In this document: positions 57,958-64,000 of the stretch, piece after piece
How positions within the stretch are numbered: the first letter of the stretch is position 1
Layout: each line of letters opens with the position of its first letter
Sequence record: NC_019423.1
Strand: one strand, 5' to 3'
Length of the DNA stretch: 64,000 nucleotides
DNA from: Escherichia phage IME11
Translations under genes and position numbers: made by a program
The notes under the pieces: model-generated
What the model was told of the DNA's origin: nothing
What the model saw: the letters and a program-made list of their open reading frames with translations, nothing else
Database searches by the model: none

Positions 57958-59539
57958 GTTAATTAAACAGGAACTGGATGAATGGCTAGACCAGGTGGAT
58001 TATTCCCACCTTAACTCTTCTAACTATGTTCCCAGTCAGTTTGCTCTTACCTTTGCCAACTTTATTAAGTTGGTTAATGGTAAGGAAGGTGAATCCAACA
58101 AAACACCACCAGTTCACTTGAAGATGTTGGATAAGATGATTAGCCCGAACCAGTATGTAGTTAACCTGTGCTTCCGTGGTGCAGGTAAGACTGCTGTGTT
58201 CATGGAATACTTTACATTGTTCTTGGCAGTGTTTGGACACTTACCAAGTCTGGGAAAAGTAGAAGGAATGATTTACGTATCCGACTCAATGGATAACGGT
58301 GCTAAGTCTGCACGTAAGAATATTGAGTTCCGGTATAAGAATAGTGAGTTCCTTCAGCAGTGGATACCTGAAGCTACCTTTACGGATAACCTGTTAGAGT
58401 TCCGTAATGCAGAAGGGCATCGACTGGGTGTTAAGTTGTTTGGTGCTAAGACAGGTCTTCGTGGTACGAAGATATATGGTAAACGTCCAACACTCTGTGT
58501 ACTGGATGACTTGATTAGTGATGGTGATGCTAACTCTAAGACTAGCATGGAAGCTATTAAAGATACCGTCTATAAAGGTGTGAACCATGCTCTTGACCCA
58601 ACCCGTCGTAAAGTAATCTTCAACGGTACTCCCTTTAATAAGGAAGACATTATCATTGAGGCTGTTGAGTCTGGTGCATGGGATGTAAACGTATGGCCTG
58701 TATGTGAGAAGTTCCCTTGCAGTGAAGAAGAATTTCAGGGTGCATGGGATGACCGTTTCTCTTACGACTACATCAAAGCCCAATACGATATGGCAGTTAA
58801 GACCGGTAAGCTGGCAGGCTTCTATCAGGAACTTATGCTCCGTATCAGTTCTGAGGATGAGAGACTGGTTCAGGATAGTGAAATTAAATGGTACAGCAGG
58901 CAGCAGCTATTAAGGATGAAATCCTGCTACAACTATTACATTACAACTGACTTTGCTACTTCGGAGAAACAGACCAGTGACTACAGTGTCATATCAGTTT
59001 GGGCTTATAGTTCTAATGGAGATTGGTTCTGGGTTGATGGTGTGGCTAATCGCCAGCTTATGGATAAAAACTTTGATGACCTGTTCCGTCTGGTTCAGGA
59101 ATACCAACCACAAAACGTTGGTGTCGAAATTACAGGACAACAGAATGGATTCATCTCACTCCTTCAGAAAGAAATGATTAACCGTAACGTCTTCTTTAAC
59201 TTTGCTACCTCTGAGGGTGGTAAGCCAGGCATCCGTCCTGTAACCTCTAAGCTGTCACGCTTTAACCTGGTAGTTCCATGGTTCAAGGCTGGTAAGATGT
59301 ATTTCCCGGAAGAGTTGAGAGATACAACTATTATGGGGCTGTTCATGGGCCAGATTAAACTAGCTACCATTAATGGAATCAAAGGTAAGGATGACTGTAT
59401 TGATACTATTTCCATGCTGGGTTATCTCAATCCTTGGAAACCACAAGCAGGTATGACTATGGTGGATAGTAAGGGTGACCCAATGTGGGATGAGGAAGAA
59501 GAAGATAGTGTTAACCCACTACGTTCATATATTGTATGA
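57950..59539 (+). CDS. terminase large subunit
   Basis: ATG at 57950 with GAGGA RBS (track start 57929 is GTG); Walker A CFRGAGKT, Walker B LCVLDD, C-terminal nuclease-like acidic motifs (ITTDFATS, DDCIDT). Confidence 0.8.
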   Translation: MSELIKQELDEWLDQVDYSHLNSSNYVPSQFALTFANFIKLVNGKEGESNKTPPVHLKMLDKMISPNQYVVNLCFRGAGKTAVFMEYFTLFLAVFGHLPSLGKVEGMIYVSDSMDNGAKSARKNIEFRYKNSEFLQQWIPEATFTDNLLEFRNAEGHRLGVKLFGAKTGLRGTKIYGKRPTLCVLDDLISDGDANSKTSMEAIKDTVYKGVNHALDPTRRKVIFNGTPFNKEDIIIEAVESGAWDVNVWPVCEKFPCSEEEFQGAWDDRFSYDYIKAQYDMAVKTGKLAGFYQELMLRISSEDERLVQDSEIKWYSRQQLLRMKSCYNYYITTDFATSEKQTSDYSVISVWAYSSNGDWFWVDGVANRQLMDKNFDDLFRLVQEYQPQNVGVEITGQQNGFISLLQKEMINRNVFFNFATSEGGKPGIRPVTSKLSRFNLVVPWFKAGKMYFPEELRDTTIMGLFMGQIKLATINGIKGKDDCIDTISMLGYLNPWKPQAGMTMVDSKGDPMWDEEEEDSVNPLRSYIV

Positions 59540-59545
59540 GGAATT

Positions 59546-60253
59546 ATGATTAAACTAACCGAGCTGTATAAGAGTCTGGCTCTAAGTGTTCTGAATAACA
59601 CCAGTGTTGTTACTGATGATAAGAAGGACATTGAGACAGATAAGAAAGAATACATCCTCGAATTTATTAATGAGGGGCTTACCCGTTTACACGGCAGGTT
59701 CCCACTTAAAACTGAGAATATATTCGTAGAAATGAGGGAGGGTAGAACAGAGTACCCATTGCTCAAGCGATACTCTTTTATGGGGTTTGACCCTGAGCTA
59801 GCCCAGTACCCTTTCATAATGGATTCAGTAACTAACCCATTTGAGGAGAATGTGATAAAGATACTGATGGTGTATGACTCTTGGGGGGAACGTCGAGGAC
59901 TTAACGACAGCCACAATCCACATGGGTTATTCACCCCAAGACCAGACACGTTACAGTGTATTCGTCCTCGTCATTGTGAAGTACTTACGGTAACATATCA
60001 GGCGAAGCATCCAACTCTTACTGTAGAAGGTGAGAACCAGGAAGTAGACCTGCCTGATTCCTTACTGCCTGCATTAAAGTACTGGGTAGCATATAGCTAT
60101 TACACTGGCCTCAACACTGCTGAAAGTACAAGTAAGGCAGCAGAGTATTTGCAAATGTACGAGTCAATCTGTGGAGAGGTTAAGGACTATGACCTTGGTA
60201 GCAGCAGTGAGTCAAACACCAATACATTATTTGAAAGAAGAGGGTGGATATGA
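59546..60253 (+). CDS. hypothetical structural-module protein
   Basis: 235-aa ORF with AGGAA RBS between terminase and tail fibre. Confidence 0.5.
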   Translation: MIKLTELYKSLALSVLNNTSVVTDDKKDIETDKKEYILEFINEGLTRLHGRFPLKTENIFVEMREGRTEYPLLKRYSFMGFDPELAQYPFIMDSVTNPFEENVIKILMVYDSWGERRGLNDSHNPHGLFTPRPDTLQCIRPRHCEVLTVTYQAKHPTLTVEGENQEVDLPDSLLPALKYWVAYSYYTGLNTAESTSKAAEYLQMYESICGEVKDYDLGSSSESNTNTLFERRGWI

Positions 60254-62940
60254 ATTCTCATAATCCGTTTAACACAGGTGGTAGTGGGTGCACTAATGAT
60301 TTTCGTTCTGCTGACCAGTTAGTAGACCGAATTATTGGTGACGCCTACCATGTAGTAAAAGAGGTATACCTTGCATTAGGTAACCTTACCTACATCTATA
60401 ACTACCTACAGAAGTACGGCCTAATTATTACTGTAGACAGTGAAGATGCAATCAAGGATATCCCCTTATCAATTGGTAAGTTTGCACGTGTCTACAACAA
60501 ATCAGAAACGGCTGGGTACTACTTCACTGACTACCTGTATGTAGCAGATGATACTACAGGCATCCCATCGAATGACCCAACTGCAACTGGTTCATGGGTA
60601 AGTACGAAAGCTACCGGCTCTAATGCATCTTTCGTGCGTATCTGGAAGTATCGGGCTGAGGCCGATGGCGTTACTTCGATAGAGCTACCCACGGATATTC
60701 CAATTGTTGGAGTGCAGACCATTTACGTGGAGGGTGTAAGACAGGACATCAATGAAGGCTTCTCCTACAATGAGGGCACAGCTACAATCACATTAGCTGA
60801 CTCTCTAGAAGCTGGTAATCTGGTTACCGTTATTATAGGTATAACTGACCCAGATTTGGATGTGGATGTTTTCGCCATACTCAAGAACAGCGATGGGGCT
60901 TCCAACATTGGAACCAGCGATGGTAGTACTGTTCAACAAGAATTAGACACTGCACTAAAGAGCTTCATTAGTTTGGAAAAAGGTGGGGTTCTTACCAAAC
61001 GTAACCAATTAGTCTATGACGGAGAGTCGTTTTATAATTGGAGAGGGGACTTACCTAAGACTATCCCAGCAGGTAGCACTATTAGTAGCTTGGGGGGAGT
61101 TGGTAAGAAAACCTGGGGCGTCATCTCAATGACTGAAGCTTCTCAGTTGCTCTGGAAGCGTAATAAATTAATCACTGCAATTACCGGTGTAGGTGGGTTG
61201 TTGGACTCCCAATGGGTAAGTATTTGGGAGTTCGCCAATGAAATTGTAGACATGCCCACCAGCAATCCCCAAACTTGGGACTGGACACCAGCATTTGTAG
61301 CAGCCCGTGACTACATCGAGTCTTATGTGCAGCAGGTTGCAGTTAACTCTACCATGTGGGGAACCAAGACACTCTTCGTGCCTTCTGGTATTTACTTGCT
61401 TAAAGAAGAGGTACTGTTTACTCAGTACGCTAACAGCAGAGGCTCACTCTCTACAGGGTATCGTATCGTCGGTGACGGTATGACATCCACCGTCATTCAG
61501 CCTGTAACGGACGGACAAACTGCCTTCAGAGCTACTAACTGTAAGTTCAATCTACAGGATATTGGTTTCCGTGCTGGGGCTAAGTACAACAAGGGTGTGG
61601 TGATGGGTTCCACTGATAAGTGGGAACCAGTTTTCCACTCTAACTGGGACCGTGTTGGATTCTCTGGTTTTGCTCGTGGTGTTGTAGGCAACCTGGTATT
61701 TGACAGTACTTTTATTGACGTCTTTGTTCAAGAAATTACAGAGATGCAGGACATTAGCGAGTACTCTGCTGGGGTAGACTTCCCTGCCTATATGGGTCCA
61801 GCTAACAATAGCAAGGATGCTGTAAACACAGGGGACTGCTCCAACAATATTACGTTTATTCGTCTTACTGTAGAAACTGCTAAGACTAACAACGCAATCA
61901 TGATTAACTTACGAGGCAGGAACAACTCGTATGCTAACCATGCATTTAACTTCTTTGCTGGTCACGTAGAGACACACAACCGTTACGCTAAAACTCTGTC
62001 AGTACAGAACAGTATTAACATTAACGCATTTGGTGTGATTTTTAGCCAGAACGGTGATGAGGATACGCCTCCTACTCGTGTAATGTATTTCAACAACGCT
62101 TCAGACATTTGCCTGCAAGCTTGTCGTATCATTACTAATAACGTGGTTGCTGCCTATGCAGATACTGATACTAAGATGATTGCAGTAGAGGGCAACTCTG
62201 GTAACGTATCGTTCCCTCACACTTACGTAAGGACCCCTTACTACAACCTCAATACGTACAATGCTGGTATAGCGTATTGTATTGATAGCTCTAATGCTAC
62301 CCGTGGTGTGCGTTCTTATGACGATACTGGTGTCATCATTAACCAGTACTCCAACAAGAAGGTTGCCAGCAGACGTAGACTGACCAGCATGAATAGTATT
62401 GGCCTCTCCTTTGAAGAAAGGGTAGAGGCAGATGGTTCTTTAGTATGGGCTTACAGTACATCACGTGATGATACAACAGTTCCTACTGACAGAATGTCTC
62501 TTACTTCGGCTGGTGCACTGCAAACCACAGGTAACCTACAGATTGGTGCAATGTCTTCTTCTGGGGTCACCCGTGGAATTGACTTTATCAACAACGGTGA
62601 CAAGAGTACCATCACTGCACGTATTCAGGCAGATAATGTAGGGCGACTGTACTTTGGTTCCTATGGCTTAACCCAAAACTGGGTAATGGGTAGTAATACA
62701 TTTAACCCAACTACTGATAACACCCATAGCATGGGTACAGCAGCAAATAGAATCAATGCAGTTTACGCTGTAGTATTCCGCTTCTCTGCAACAGTAGGTA
62801 TCTTTTCTGGTTCTGGTAGCCCAGAAGGCATAGTAACTGCTGGAGCCGGTTCTATGTACTTAAGGACAGATGGTGGTGCTAATGCATCAATGTATGTTAA
62901 AGAAACCGGTTCAGGTAACGTAGGGTGGGTAGCCAAATGA
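60250..62940 (+). CDS. tail fibre / tailspike protein
   Basis: ~897 aa (track start 60244 is GTG); beta-rich Ser/Thr/Asn/Gly composition; C-terminal GSPEGIVTAGAGSMYLRTDGGANASMYVKETGSGNVGWVAK resembles conserved podophage tail-fibre C-termini. Confidence 0.55.
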   Translation: MNSHNPFNTGGSGCTNDFRSADQLVDRIIGDAYHVVKEVYLALGNLTYIYNYLQKYGLIITVDSEDAIKDIPLSIGKFARVYNKSETAGYYFTDYLYVADDTTGIPSNDPTATGSWVSTKATGSNASFVRIWKYRAEADGVTSIELPTDIPIVGVQTIYVEGVRQDINEGFSYNEGTATITLADSLEAGNLVTVIIGITDPDLDVDVFAILKNSDGASNIGTSDGSTVQQELDTALKSFISLEKGGVLTKRNQLVYDGESFYNWRGDLPKTIPAGSTISSLGGVGKKTWGVISMTEASQLLWKRNKLITAITGVGGLLDSQWVSIWEFANEIVDMPTSNPQTWDWTPAFVAARDYIESYVQQVAVNSTMWGTKTLFVPSGIYLLKEEVLFTQYANSRGSLSTGYRIVGDGMTSTVIQPVTDGQTAFRATNCKFNLQDIGFRAGAKYNKGVVMGSTDKWEPVFHSNWDRVGFSGFARGVVGNLVFDSTFIDVFVQEITEMQDISEYSAGVDFPAYMGPANNSKDAVNTGDCSNNITFIRLTVETAKTNNAIMINLRGRNNSYANHAFNFFAGHVETHNRYAKTLSVQNSININAFGVIFSQNGDEDTPPTRVMYFNNASDICLQACRIITNNVVAAYADTDTKMIAVEGNSGNVSFPHTYVRTPYYNLNTYNAGIAYCIDSSNATRGVRSYDDTGVIINQYSNKKVASRRRLTSMNSIGLSFEERVEADGSLVWAYSTSRDDTTVPTDRMSLTSAGALQTTGNLQIGAMSSSGVTRGIDFINNGDKSTITARIQADNVGRLYFGSYGLTQNWVMGSNTFNPTTDNTHSMGTAANRINAVYAVVFRFSATVGIFSGSGSPEGIVTAGAGSMYLRTDGGANASMYVKETGSGNVGWVAK

Positions 62941-63134
62941 GTAAGCAAACTGTTATCAGAGATGCAGCGGGTAATGTGATTAACATCGGTCCTTGGGATT
63001 TTGTTAAAACTGTAGAGACTGATTTAAGCACAGGTGAAGACTATCTGGTCATAAATAATCCTATGCCAGATGGTTGTTATGAGAGTACTGCTGAGATTAC
63101 AACTCTACCTGATGGTGGATTATCAGCTGAGTAG
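62937..63134 (+). CDS. hypothetical small protein
   Basis: 65-aa ORF; ATG overlaps the tail-fibre stop (ATGA). Confidence 0.35.
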   Translation: MSKQTVIRDAAGNVINIGPWDFVKTVETDLSTGEDYLVINNPMPDGCYESTAEITTLPDGGLSAE

Positions 63135-63190
63135 TAACTAAGGCTAGGGGGGTGTTAGCCCCCTTAAAACTACAACATGAGGAATGACCC

Positions 63191-64000
63191 ATGAATAAGG
63201 TGTTTACCCAACCCACAGGCCCAGTGGCTAAACAGGTTAATAAGCAAACTATAGCCCGATTGCTGGGTATAAAGACAGCACAAGTAGGTTATATAAATAG
63301 GCTCTCCCCTATTGATTCATATACTGTACTTTTTGATGAGTCCTCTCAGTTGCCCTTTTACAGAGGCTCAGCATTAGGTACTCCAACCTCATGGGCTTAT
63401 AACGCGGCCCTAGACGTGTTGGACATAACAACCACATCTGGGACTTATTCCCTGGTTCTAGCTAATAAAGTTAAAGAGCTAGAGAACAATCTAAAATCAG
63501 AAGATACAGGCAAAGGGGCTGATACTGTTAAAGTACGTAAAGGTAGAGCAAGCATTACTCCTGCTCGTACTGTGGCAGAGTTGTTATTAGATGGTATGGC
63601 TGGATTGCGTAAAAATTTCGGGGCAATTGGTAATGGTATTGCTGATGATACCAATGCTATCAATGATATGTGGGAATGCATGTATGATGCATCCTACAAA
63701 AGATTTGGAGCACTCACTGATGAAGCAGCTATCAGTTTTATGCTTCAAAAAGGCCCAGCTTGTTTAGTTGAAAATGGGGTGTATGTTTACTCTGGCCCCG
63801 GTTTAACTTTTCCAAGTGGTGCTGCATTTGTAATGAATATCCATGGTGAAAGTGCTCTTTCGTCTAAGTTCCTTATTACTTCAGATGCTTATCTTTTTGA
63901 TTTGGATAATAACCCAGTACATAGTTATTTAGGTAAATTAACTATTCATGGGGGGCGAGGGGCTGTACGAATGAAATCCGATGCCCGAACTACGGCGGGT
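63191..64000 (+). CDS. tailspike / depolymerase with pectate-lyase-like beta-helix N-terminal motif (3'-truncated by window end)
   Basis: ATG with GAGGAA RBS; open frame to window end (270 codons, absent from ORF track); motif GAIGNGIADDTNAINDMW resembles the G-D-G-x-T-D-D-T signature of Pectate_lyase_3-type tailspikes. Confidence 0.55.
   Translation, partial: MNKVFTQPTGPVAKQVNKQTIARLLGIKTAQVGYINRLSPIDSYTVLFDESSQLPFYRGSALGTPTSWAYNAALDVLDITTTSGTYSLVLANKVKELENNLKSEDTGKGADTVKVRKGRASITPARTVAELLLDGMAGLRKNFGAIGNGIADDTNAINDMWECMYDASYKRFGALTDEAAISFMLQKGPACLVENGVYVYSGPGLTFPSGAAFVMNIHGESALSSKFLITSDAYLFDLDNNPVHSYLGKLTIHGGRGAVRMKSDARTTAG

Noticed and set aside
1-64000. CRISPR array, integrase, repressor or other lysogeny module
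   Set aside because: No repeat-spacer periodicity and no ORF with recombinase or CI-like features was seen; the gene content is that of a strictly lytic phage.

Overview
This window looks like most of the genome of a lytic N4-like podophage (Schitoviridae-type), read from sequence alone with no database search run. The plus strand carries a late/virion module at both window edges: terminase small and large subunits (57268-59539), a tail fibre (60250-62940), a 3'-truncated tailspike with a pectate-lyase-like motif (63191-64000), five virion-module proteins (154-6776) and a giant ~3450-aa virion RNA polymerase (6880-17232) with T7-like motifs A, B and C. The minus strand between 17265 and 57096 carries the early and middle genes: a tandem family of small paralogous proteins, a two-subunit T7-like RNAP II, and a replication/nucleotide-metabolism block (family-A DNA polymerase, Dda-like helicase, primase, SSB-like, Sak4-like ATPase, RuvC-like resolvase, Cas4-like nuclease, rIIA/rIIB-like, ThyX-like, dCTP deaminase, MoxR-AAA plus VWA pair). 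A cluster of four tRNA-like genes (19329-19879, minus strand) sits next to a 1.2-kb ORF-poor region. The most notable sequence-level observation is four N4-type hairpin promoters (6-bp stem, GGA loop, CCA(A/T)(A/T)A flank, CC at template +1/+2) at 49546-49564, 53329-53347, 53588-53606 and 54449-54467, all oriented for leftward transcription. Many rho-independent terminators are visible. No integrase, repressor or CRISPR array was seen. The ORF track accepts TTG/GTG starts, so several starts were moved to the nearest ATG with a Shine-Dalgarno sequence; all functional calls are motif-based and need HMM or structure confirmation.
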